DNA of 64,000 nucleotides. Source: Callorhinchus milii. Taxonomy: Eukaryota. The position numbers and the translations under genes were made by a program. Below are positions 40,099 through 51,334 of this stretch, piece after piece. The first letter of the stretch is position 1; each line of letters starts with the position of its first letter. The DNA lies in contig NW_024704742.1 of NCBI RefSeq assembly GCF_018977255.1, positions 129,644,001-129,708,000 of the forward strand, written 5' to 3'. A model generated the notes under the pieces. It saw nothing but the letters and a program-made list of their open reading frames with translations. It ran no database searches and was not told where the DNA came from.

Positions 40099-40104
40099 AA
40101 TAAA
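40099..40104 (+). promoter_or_regulatory. Candidate polyadenylation signal of RGP1
   Basis: AATAAA about 1.85 kb after the stop codon, followed by T/GT-rich sequence. Confidence 0.4.
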
Positions 40105-40359
40105 AATGATAATATTTGTTTTTACACCTGTAGTTTTGACACCAGACTCTAAATTTATTACATTCAAAGCCGTGCATACTCTGGATAGCTGTTGCGCCCA
40201 CAAAATACATATACAATCAATCTGCTTAACAATATAGTCATTGAAGCACTGTGAGACATCTCAACAACCTGTGATAAGGTGCTATATCAAATTGCAAGGT
40301 TTGTTCTCTAAAGTAGAATGGTGAAAATGAATATGTTAATAAATTAATGAAATAATTCA

Positions 40360-41493
40360 TTAAGGCCCACGGGATTAATGGGAACATATTAGCATGGATT
40401 GAAGAGTGGATAACAGGTAGAAAACAGAGAGTAGGGATAAACGGGTCATTCTCGAATTGGCAGGATGTGACTAGTGGAGTGCCACAAGGATTAGTGTTTG
40501 GGACTCAGCTATTTACAATTTACATCAATGATCTAGACGAGGACATTGAATGTAACATATCTAAATTCACGGATGACACTAACCGAGGTGGGAGAGTAAG
40601 CTCTGAGGATGATGCAAAAAGATTGCAGCGGGATATAGATAGGCTCGGGGAGTGGGCGAGTCGGTGGCAGATGGAATTTAATGTGGGGAAGTGTGAAGTT
40701 ATTCACCTAGGTAGAAAAAATAGAAAAACAGATTATTTTCTAGAGGGAGAGATTAGATAGTGTTAGTGTGCAGAGGGATTTGGGTGTCCTTGTACACCAG
40801 TCTCAAAAAGTTAGTTTGCAGGTGCAGCAATCAACTAAGAAGGCGAACGGCATGTTAGCGTTCATTGCAAAAGGTTTAGAGTACAAGAGTAGGGAAGTCT
40901 TGCTGCAACTGTATAGAGCCTTGGTAAGACCGCACCTAGAGTATTGTGTGCAGTTTTGGTCTCATTTAAAAAAAGACATACTTGCCCTAGAGGGGGTGCA
41001 GCGTAGATTCACTCGGTTAGTTCCTGGGATGAGGGGACTGATGTATGAGGATAGGCTGAATAAACTAGGGCTGTATTCTCCAGAGTACAGAAGAGTTAGG
41101 GGAGATCTTATTGAAACATATAAGATTCTTAAAGGACTGGATAAAGTAGAGGGTCTATTTCCCCTGGTAGGAGAATCTATAACCAGGGGTCACAGTCTTT
41201 AAAATTAAGGGTCAGCCTTTTAGAACAGAGTTGAGGAAACATTTCTTCACTCAGAGGGTAGTGAATTTATGGAATTCACTACCCCAGAAGGCTGTAGATG
41301 CTCAGTCCTTGAACATCTTCAAGGCTGAGACTGATAGATTTTTAAAAAAACAGAGGGATTAGGGGATATGGGGATAGGGCAGGTAATTAGAGTTAGGTCT
41401 GAAGATCAGCCATGATCTTATCGAATGGCGGGGCAGGCTCGAGGGGCCGAATGGCCTACTCCTGCTCCTAATTCTTATGTTCTTATGTTCTTA
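40360..41493 (+). mobile_element. CR1-type LINE 3' fragment (reverse transcriptase, with an in-frame stop)
   Basis: VTSGVPQGLVFG...FTIYINDLD...KFTDDT and LYRALVRPHLEYCVQFWS, with a (ttcttatg)n tail. Confidence 0.93.
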
Positions 41494-41995
41494 TAATTAA
41501 TGGTGCAAAAATAGGGGAACAAAAGGGAACTGTTATTACCTTTCCCAACAGTGGAGTGATGTCATCCTCAAATTAGTTGTGGAGGAACATGTGAGGAAGA
41601 ACCGTGGGGAAATATTACATATTTCTTCCCCAGTGACTAAGATTGATCATTCTCCATAAACAGCATTAGCCTTCGTAGAGTAACACCCTTTTAGAAGTAA
41701 GCAAAGCATTATAGGACAGTGCCATTTCCTACAACTGTGTCATATTGTTTTATTTTCTTGGCCTGCAACCCAAATGCATAATAAACTGCAAATTATTACA
41801 TTGTGAAATGCAGACGATTCTGGATCATTGAAATGGGATATTTGCAATAATGCCTTGGGATGCCCTCCCAATGCGAAAGGTGCTGTATAAATGTATAGTT
41901 ATTATTGCATTGACATGTTAACCTTTTGACATTAAATCACATTAGTTTTTCAGGCGAGGACTGAATAATTTACTGAATCAGACGTATCCGATGTG

Positions 41996-42134
41996 TCAGG
42001 CTTGCGCTGTAGCTACTTGGCGTTTGTTGAGACAAGGAAAGCTGGAGATCTCCTTTTGGATAACGTAGACTTGGCACATCTGTGAATCGTAGTGAGTTTC
42101 ACACCATTCAGGAAAGTTAATAGGATACTGTGTG
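41996..42134 (-). CDS. MSMP: MSMP-like terminal exon (TQYPINFPEWCETHYDSQMCQVYVIQKEISSFPCLNKRQVATAQA*)
   Basis: Matches the MSMP PxxFPxxCE...CQ...QK...PC pattern. The phase 2 acceptor (ggtcag) fits the previous exon, and TGA is at 41998-41996. Confidence 0.85.
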
Positions 42135-42985
42135 CTGACCAGATTCCAATAGTGAAAAGAAGATTATAAGAATATGCCACAATGTCATTTATCCTAGTGT
42201 CAACTAACACTGTTCTGGAGGTTGGTATGTGCTTAATTTTAACTAATATAGTTTCTTAGTTTTATATTTTAAAAATCATGGGAAACCCCCTCCAGTAATA
42301 TATGTTTATGTCTAGGCGTGACGATGCCAACTCTGCTCCCCATCTCTTCCCTACGCAACCTGCGGACAATGCAATACAAAATGACATTTGTATAGCGCCT
42401 TTCACGTCGGGAGGCCGTCCCAAGGCGCTGGATACTCAGGGATTTGGACCCCAGCTAGGGGTCGGGATCGGGGCGAATCATGACTATCCAGAACTATGCA
42501 ACCCATATCCTCTCCCGCACTAGGTTTCGTGAAGTCTTATCACTCCCATCCTTGCTCGGCTCCACTGTCTCTCCATCCCACAGAGGATTGAGGTCAAAAT
42601 CCTCGTTCGTGTGTTAAATTCCACAAAATCTTTTAATGTCCACCTGAACAGGCAAACAGGATTTTGGTTTAATGTCTCTTTCCAAGGGTACCACCTCCAA
42701 CAATGCAGTGCACTAGCAGAACTGCACTGGCTTGTCAGCCTAGATAGAAGCTCAAAGTCCTGATGTAGAGCTAAAGCCCACAACTTTCTGATTGTGAGGC
42801 AAGAGCACTACTAACAGCCTAGCTGACACCACAACTTTACAGAGGCTCCAGGCAAATGATTGAATACGTCCTTTTAATTGCTATCTACTTGTTTGATCAC
42901 TTACAAGCTGGAACTATATATTTTTGGAAAACAAATGTTTATTTTCAGGGGTTGCACTCAGTGACAGAATCAACACATGACTCGC

Positions 42986-43090
42986 AATTCGCAGCATCCA
43001 ACTCCAATTAGATGGAGACATGTGCAGAGGAAGCAGTTGCTGGTCAGCCAAGACTCACTCATTTCATACCTATGTCCAGAGTATTGACAC
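42986..43090 (-). CDS. MSMP: MSMP-like (beta-microseminoprotein family) exon 2 (CQYSGHRYEMSESWLTSNCFLCTCLHLIGVGCCE); possibly degenerate
   Basis: Matches the MSMP pattern CxYxG...ESW...CxxCTCLHxxGVGCC. It lies tail-to-tail with RGP1, as MSMP does in human. The donor is GC (gcgagt), not GT. Confidence 0.85.
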
Positions 43091-46000
43091 CTGATCGAAA
43101 CAGGTACATTTCCGTAAGTCAAACAGACCCACGCTCACAATTTACAGGTATGTTAACATCAGCCCTGCCTTTTGAGGAAAGCTTACATTTCCGTGCATTG
43201 AATGGGTTTAATTGAATCTAAACGACACATGATCCTGTAGGATTTGGGGATCAGCTTTGTGATCTGCTTCAAATGTATTTTAACATAGAATAGTAATCCT
43301 TGCATTTGTTACAGCTCCTTATCATGTCATCAAAACATCTCAAAAGAAGGAGTTTTACTGTGAAGTGTGGCAATCTGCGGTCAGCAAGGAAATTAACACA
43401 ATAATCTAACCCAGATGGGGAACAGAAAATAGGAATTGTACTTTAGCTCTGTTTTAGCTCCAAAACTGTACGTTCTTTGTTAGGAATGAAAACCAGAAGT
43501 ATATAAAAACAATGGTCAGCAAGTTGCAATAGCAAAGAAACAGAGAGAGAGAGAACAAAGTGACAAAAGGAAAGGAAGAAAACCAGTGAGAACAGCAACA
43601 ACAAGTTACACTTGCATAGCGCCCTTCACATCGGAAAGACATCTCAGGGCATTGGACAATCGGGTTTTGGACCCGAGCTGGGAGTTGTGGTCAGAAGGGG
43701 AGGAGGGCAGGAGAGAAGAACATAAGGCGAAAGGTAGAGAAATCAAAGAGAATAACAGAGTGAATGGAGAGTAAAGGGGAGAGAAAAACAATTTGCACTT
43801 ATATAGCACCTTGTATGTAGGGTTACATCTAAACACTTCATAGGGACAGGGACAGACACTGAGCAAGGTGGAAGTGGCCAAAGATACGGTTGAAGAGGTA
43901 GGTTTTTAGGAAGGATTTAAAGACAGATAGAGAAGCTGTAAGGATAGAGAAAGGGAAACCCAGAGATTAGGTGCACAGTAATGTTGGGGTGAAAGTGGAG
44001 AATCACAGAGAACAGGAGGTGCAAGGAAGTGAGTGAGAAAGAGGATTGAGATACAATAATAAAGTGAGAGCCAAGGGTGTAAAAGGGAGATAGACAGTGT
44101 AATGGGGGAGAATAAACAAGAGCAAAAGACTGAAATAATTTTGCATCAGTGTTCAGTATGTTACTTCCATCATCTAATTCTAAAGCAAAACATCTAAATC
44201 TTGGGAAAATGCAATTGCTGTTAATGAGGTTATTGTAGTTAATATAAAAGCTGATGTGAAAATGTTATGTCTGTAAACCCTCAACAGTGGGTAATAAAAC
44301 TATGAGACGTCATGAGCAGGTGTTGACAGGACACATTTAAGTTTTAATTCTTCTATATAATAATGAATTATAATCTATAATCAATGTTGGAGAGTGAAGC
44401 AAGGACATTTTAACAAAATGGTGATATTTGGTGCTAATGTTAAGATAGGACGTAATGCAAAGCAAGGAGGCATCAGCCATGGGAGGGTTGTTCCGACCCC
44501 AAAAACATTGCACCTTTAAAAACTTAAAAAGGGACTTATTGAACCCACAAGTTATTACAGACTTGTTGGTTAGCTTCAGTTATTACCACGCTGGGGATTT
44601 AGCTGAGGTCTAAAGAGTCAGATCATTGATGTAACGAGTTTAGTGGAAGACTCTGCATCCTGATCTGTTGTTTTGATGAACTGAAATTGATCCCATCTGT
44701 CCAGGAGCTGAAAACAGGTTTGTAGATTATAATTCATTGAGAAAAGCATGTAGTCACAGCATCAAAGTAAGGAAAAAGACCTTGGGGGCACAAATACAGA
44801 AACTAATTGAAATCAAATCTGCTCTGAGCATCCAATGCAATTGTTCAAAGAGGTTCCTTCTTTGATCTCTGAACAGGGATGAACTTCATCACTAGGAGTG
44901 TGTGTGTGGTGTAGTGAGAAGAGGAATGGGTGCTAAGAAGGATGGGGTGTGGGGGGGACAGTCAAAATACCCATTAAATCAACAGCCATAATTCTGGGAC
45001 TTTTTGCTCTGAGAAAATGCTGTCCGTCTAATAATTTGGTATCACGTGGTGGAGGTGAACAAGTACTTCACAGAGGTAGAATGGTGGTTCAGGGGTCGTT
45101 TCCACTACAATGACTTCAGCGGTGGACTGGGGCACTTCAACACAACAACAAGATTCCATTTATAGAGCGCCTTTCACGTCGGGAGGACGTCCCAAGGCGC
45201 TGTACAGTTGGGTCAGGACCCGAGCAGGGGGGAAATGGTCAGGGTGAGGGGAGGGAAGGAGCGAGGAGGGGGTAGAGAGTCGAGAGGGGAACTGAAGGCA
45301 CTGCTCTGAAGTGTCAGCCTAGACTGTGAGCTCAAATGTCTCGAACCTGCCAACTTCTGACTCAGAAGCGAGAGTGCTGACACCTGTGCAGTAGTGCACC
45401 AATGGGTTTTATTGGCAGTTATTCAGTATTATGTTAGTTCTAACAACCGTCTAGAGTATAAATGTTTCAAATCCTTCCCTTTGTCAACATTGTTTGGAAT
45501 TCTCATAATATTTTTCTACCTCACTCAGCGTCATGTAGATGTCAAGTTCTTCATTGTCAGCACCAGTGACTCAAAGCAGCTCCATGGTGCCTGGTTAATG
45601 ATAGCATTGATCACAGGGTGACTGGTGCAATCTTACTTAGTACAGACAAACAGTGAGCAAGCAACGAGAATAATAATAAGCCTTGCATTTGATATACTGC
45701 CTCTCACATTGATGTACCAAGGTGCTTCACTGGATATACTGTGAAGTACAGTCTTTTATGAGCGAATGTGGCAGGGTTGCAGGTAGAGACAAAGTTCAGC
45801 TGTGCACACATATAGTCTTAGGTATATAAAACCAACAGGTCCACAATGGTAACATTTTTGGCATTTCAGTTTACTTCTCAATAGCAAACATCAGTTTGCA
45901 CATTTCTGGGTACATTTCCATCAGACATTAATTTTACAACCTCCCATGAATGACACAAAAAACAAACAAAAACCTACTCAGCAGTGCAGTACGCAATTAG

Positions 46001-46669
46001 GTACAGTACCAGAATTCAATACTGCATTGTTTTTATATTACAAAACAAGATAGGTTTGTTGGACTATTTCCTTTAATACAGATTCAAAACAAGATCATTA
46101 TGTGCAAAACATCATGTACAGTACAGATATGCTAATTGGAGTGAATGATTTCTAGCAGTGAGCAGCTTTCTTTTTTTGCACGTGATCGACAATACTCTTT
46201 TGCAAAAATACTGTTGGACACAGTGCTCCCAGCAATTCCTTTACGTCAGAAAATAACTGGAATGAAATCTTCTTTGCAGCAGTATACACGTCTGAAAAGG
46301 TTCAGTGATCCTCAGCTCCCGACTCCCAATCCTCACTGGAAGAAAATTGGTTAAATGGTAACTTTGCGGCAAATCTAAAGTCAGTGGACCCGGGTTTGAT
46401 TCCTGGGCAGGGGGTTTACCCACTACTGTAAAGTCTATCCACTTTACAATACTCCTGAGAAGCTCTTTGAGATGTGTGAACAACATGCAAGGATTATTAT
46501 TATGTCTTGGTGGAAAGAAACTTCTCAATTTCCAGCTTTTCCTTTCTCTCCTTCTACAAAATTAGTGAAATTTTCAATCCATCGTGTCTGTGCTGGCCAG
46601 CTCTCGTCTTAGTACCAATCTCCTGCTGCTTCCTCAAATCCTATCATATTTCTCCCTTTCAGATATTTA

Positions 46670-47000
46670 GAATATAAGTATTTGCTGGGCGAAAGACCGA
46701 GGTCCATTCCGTTTGCCTTCCACCATCCTAGTAGTCGCATACACATGTCATGTCTTAAACTACATACTATATCCCAAGATATTATTTCCTAACAGGAATC
46801 TATCTAATTTGTTCTTGAAATAATTGACACTTGCTGCTTCCACCATCTTTTTAGGGAGCCTGTTGCATACGTTTACTACTCGCTCACTGAAATAGCATTT
46901 CTGCAGATTAGTTCTGAATTTACCCCCAATCAAACACAGACCAGGCCCTCTGGTTCTACTGTTCAGTACAAGATAAACCAGCTTGTCATGGTCTACATTA
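46670..47000 (-). mobile_element. CR1-like LINE 3' fragment
   Basis: Minus-strand RTRG...FSERVVNVCNRLP...SVNYFKNKLDRFL. Confidence 0.7.
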
Positions 47001-47337
47001 TTTAGTTCCTTTAAAGGATTGATCTTATCTATTTGCTTCTTAAAAAAGTTCATATGGATTCTACCTGAACCAGCATCCTCTGTAGAGAATTCCTGATAAC
47101 CCACCTTATGTGAAACACAATTCTTCTAACTCTCCCTTTGTCCTTTTGAGAAGTACCTTAAGTTTTTACCCTCTGGTTACTGACCAACTGGACAATGGAA
47201 ATAATTTCTCCCTGTTTACTTTAGGATTCTCCACATTTGTTGTTAAATTACTCCTGTGTTGGTGCAATCTAAATATTTTGAGATTGGTCCTCGGGTAGAA
47301 TGGCTAAAATACGTTTGATGTTTATTTGACAAACCAT

Positions 47338-47457
47338 TTATTTGTTGTTGTAACACTCTGGTGGGATCGACTGAGGTCTGTAATGCTTTGGCGGTAGTTT
47401 TGGTGGCAGTTCAGACACAGCTTCCTCATCACTATTATGCTCGTCAAAAGATGATTT
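47338..47457 (-). CDS. Myosin candidate terminal exon (KSSFDEHNSDEEAVSELPPKLPPKHYRPQSIPPECYNNK*)
   Basis: Acceptor tacag, a phase 0 open frame of 39 aa, and TAA at 47340-47338. Confidence 0.68.
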   Translation of the reverse strand, partial: KSSFDEHNSDEEAVSELPPKLPPKHYRPQSIPPECYNNK

Positions 47458-48134
47458 CTGTAGACACAAAATATTTACTGTTAAAACAGCCAGAGGTCGA
47501 ACATTCAATTGCAGGAAGCAGCGTCACCACTGCCACAGACACACACACACACACACTAGAGGGTGCTAGAGAGGGATCAGGATCAATAATCTTGGGCTAA
47601 TTTTCCCCTCCCGCAACCTGGGAAGGCTTCGGACCAATTGAGCCTTTCTGTGTGTTCACATGCTGAGATCAGCAAACTCAGCACGGACCGACCCAGTGAA
47701 TTTATTATTTGTGTGTGACGGAGGTGAAGGGCCAAGCCAGATAATGCAGGACGCTGCTAAGGCTGTCAATGGTGTAATGGACTGTATATTGTGGACCAAA
47801 CACAGCTGCCAATGGCACAGCAATGTCCTGCAAACTGCCATGAAGTGAATGATCAAATTGTACGTGGGGAGCTGCAGGCTAGGGCATTTTCCACTCTCTT
47901 TTCAAATAGTGCCATTGGATCTTTAAACATCCACCTGAGCAGGCAGACGGGGCCTCGGTTTTAACATCTCATTCGAAGGACGTCACCTCTGACAATGCAG
48001 CACAGCCCCAGCATTGTACAGTCAGCCTAAACTATATGAGTTCAAAGTCCTAACTGATTAAGACAGGCTGACACCTGAAATACAAGGATTATTATTAACC
48101 TATTTTCACATGACAAGACTAGAGATGCACGTGC

Positions 48135-48485
48135 CTCATAAATTTGCTGAATCTCCCTCATCGCCAAGCGAATTGATGGGTACAGTCTGGGGAACGTGCG
48201 TTTGCTTCCTTGATGTTCTTCCTCAGCCCAGTTCTCAGAATTTGTTCCAGTCGTTTCTTTCGAAGCAGTCTGAAACTTTTTATCCGAGATCTTTTTCAGG
48301 ATCGGAGGCAGTTTGGGTTGCATCGATGCCTGAACCTCGGGAGGCACAAAAAGCTTGGACAGCTCACTGTGCACTCGTGCGTGGCCTGAGAGATTGCCTC
48401 CTGCAGCACAGCTGGCCCCTTCCTCCAGAGACACTTTCCCCAGAAAATTTTTGAGTTCCTCATAGTCGGTCTCTTTGTCACATTT
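48135..48485 (-). CDS. Myosin exon: post-SH2 tail (KCDKETDYEELKNFLG...RLYPSIRLAMREIQQIYE)
   Basis: Acceptor ttcag and a 117-codon open frame. The 3' boundary is inferred as a phase 0 GC donor (GAG|gcacgt). Confidence 0.8.
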
Positions 48486-50628
48486 CTGAAAGGGAAGGGG
48501 AGAGGGAGAGAGAGGAAGAAAAAAAAGCATTGCATTTGTCATCTCACCATCTTCAAACAAGAAAATAATAATACTGTTATAATAATCTTGCATTTGATAT
48601 AGTACCTTATCACACCGTTCAGTCGTCTCAAAGCGCTTCACAGGATATACTGTAAAGTGGAGTGATTGTGTATTTCATGGGCGAAATGCAGCAGCCAATT
48701 GTGTACAGCAATGTCCCACAAACAGTCGTGGAGTGATCAATTTTATTTGGTGGATTGTTGGCCAGGACACTGAGAGAAACTCCCTTCTCTTAACTCTTAA
48801 ACAATGGTACACTGTTGTTCCCAAATTTTTGTTTCTTATTGGGTAACAGACCATTGTACTCCGAACCTGGAGTTTCATAATCAAAAATTGCTGAATCATA
48901 AGCCATAAATTCCACCTAGTCACAGGCTGTGAGTCCATTTAGTCTTTAAATGACTGAGCAAAATTGTGGAAAATTCTTAAATCCAGTCTTCATTTGTAAG
49001 CCGGGTTTCTGCAGGTCATTTTATTTTTTTAAAAAAGAATTGGCTTCTAACTTAAAACTGAATTTAAGATTTAACATCTTCTTTACGTTCTTAAAATGTT
49101 AACGGCAAAATGAGCTTGCAAGTTTCTCTCCCACTCTGCCCCCCACTCCAAATCTCCTTCACGCTCATTTGTGATAGGTTCCTGACTAGCCTGCTAGACG
49201 GAGCATTTCTGTGCAGAACTCCACTAAGGAGGAAACGAAAGACAAACCCAGCAATAGACAGAAGTATAACCAGTAAAGCTGAATACCCCGATGACATGGA
49301 AGAGAAAGACTGGCTCACGTTGCGAATAGAGACGCTGACTGAGCCAATGTGGATTTGCAGCATTTGCAGCTTTTCTTGGGACACTTGGTCCACCTAAGAC
49401 TCAAACAAATATTTAGGAATGTAGCCAATCATTTCAAGAATGTGCCTGTTTGGCCAGTCCTTAATCACCTCAAGCCCGCATACGGCACTTGCTTTGTCGA
49501 GTGAGAAAACGGTTGGATCTAATTATGCGCAGGAAATCTCACTGGTGATTCTTAGTGAAAGGAAGTGCCATCAGTGGCCATTCTTGCTCACAGCACACAT
49601 GTGCAGCATGCAGGAAGTGGCGTCAGTGGCACTTCCTGCGCATAATATGCCAAAGCGCAGGAAGTGACTTGAGCTATGACCCAACAACCTGGAAGCAGAC
49701 CCAGTCGCCACTGTTTCATTGACCAGTTATGAAGCAGTGTCCAAGTTCCAGAGAGTATGTGGCTCCGGTTGGCAAGGCTTCCAACGGCTTGGAACCCCAG
49801 AGCATGCGTTGAGGCCCTGCTGTGATTTAACATAGCCTACCATTGAGAGCACGGTCTGGCGAGGTTCCAGCAGCTTGCCCAACTAGAGCCACCCTGCCCA
49901 TTAGATTTTGCTTGCATAGTTGACAGAAGCTGAACGGGAAGGGTTCCTGCCCCAGTGACCAATCCACCCCTCCAACTTCTACTGATTGGCCAGTCTGGCT
50001 GATCGATCATAAGCATTTAGTTTGTGTTGCTTTATACGGAATAGAAGTTTTCATAAATAAAATATAATCTTCATTAAAATGTGCCACACGTTTAACATTT
50101 ACACAGACACCACTCACGGTTTTGATTTTCAATAAAAGAGATACTGGCATTCAAACCAATGGCTAATAGCCACTTACACAAAGTGCACTTACTCTGCCTC
50201 CATAAAAAAGATATTTCCATTAACAATTACACATCTCTCTTGAGATTGAAACCAATCCTTTCACTATTACCTGAAAATGAGATAATTGAGAGGGGACCTA
50301 ATAGAGGCATTTAAGATTATTTAAAGGATTCAATAAAGTGGAAGTTGATGGACTGTTTCTACTTGTTGATGAGTTCAACACAATGGGGCATAAATACAAG
50401 ATAGCTAGTAACAGATGTAAAAGGGAGTTTAAGAGGGACTTCTCTATCCAGAGAGTGGTAAGAATGTGGATCTAACTGCTAGCAATTGTGGTTAGGACAA
50501 AATGCATCACCAGAATAGAGAGATATGCAAGAATGGAGTAGGAGGCTTGTGTGGGAATAAACACCAGCATGGATTAGTTTGGCTGAATTGACAATGGAGA
50601 GAAGAGAAAAAAATCTAAACGTAAATGA

Positions 50629-50999
50629 ATAATAATAATAAGCCTTGCATTTGATATAGCGCCATATTATGTCTTTGAGATGTCACAAAGTGATTCACAG
50701 AATATACTGTAAAGTGAATTGACTGTATATCTTGTGGCCGAAACGTGACAGCCAATTGCACACAGCAGTGTCCCGCAAACAGTCGTGGATTGAAGTGACC
50801 AATTTATTACTTTTTTTGAAGGAATTATTACCCCTGGAAAAGCGATCCCCCCATTCAACTAACAGCCAGTTCCTACTTATTACTAGGTAAACAGAGACAT
50901 GTGGAGTAAGGAAACTTGCCCAACATTTTGCCCTGCCGGGAATCGAACCCAGGTCTCTCGCTTGTGAGGCGAGTGCTCTAAGCACTGAGCTACAGGACT
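50629..50999 (-). mobile_element. Full-length tRNA-derived SINE (representative of the most abundant family)
   Basis: Same head, core and tail. Other copies lie at ~1663-2022, 5295-5656, 7270-7640, 16330-16705, 19620-19965, 21318-21600, 23706-24045, 25575-26008, 37173-37550, 54902-55207 and 60467-60772. Confidence 0.88.
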
Positions 51000-51168
51000 T
51001 TACTATCAGTGCAAAAATACTGTCACTGCAAAAAAAAGTAATCCATTAAGTTTCAGATAAACACCTTTCCAGTGGCATTCGTTCCAAAAGCATATCAAAC
51101 GTGCAAATAGTTACCGAGATGCACAGATTGAGAGTAATCACACTTTGTTAAGGCAAATGAACTCATAC

Positions 51169-51334
51169 CTGGCCACAAGGAACGGTAAGAACTTCCATGA
51201 ACGGCTGAATCCCAACAGTTTTGTGATACTCCACTAAATCTGGCAGTGATGGATGGGCTCGGTCCTCTCCCAAAATCACATACTTTCCATTCGGTTGCAT
51301 TTCGATCATGTAGTGTCTGCACCGATCTGCGCCA
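51169..51334 (-). CDS. Myosin exon: SH2 C-terminal half (GADRCRHYMIEMQPNGKYVILGEDRAHPSLPDLVEYHKTVGIQPFMEVLTVPCGQ)
   Basis: SH2 motifs CRHY-I, SLxDLVEYH and LxxPC. Boundaries caag and gtatga. Confidence 0.94.

Noticed and set aside
44700..44835. Candidate MSMP exon 1 (hydrophobic stretch followed by ...TTCFSQ)
   Set aside because: It is bracketed by stop codons, has no suitable donor and shows only weak resemblance. A decayed exon cannot be excluded.
49091..49397. Possible extra myosin exon between the SH2 and tail exons
   Set aside because: The flanking exons already join in phase (PCGQ|KCDK), and no clear donor or recognisable sequence supports inclusion.
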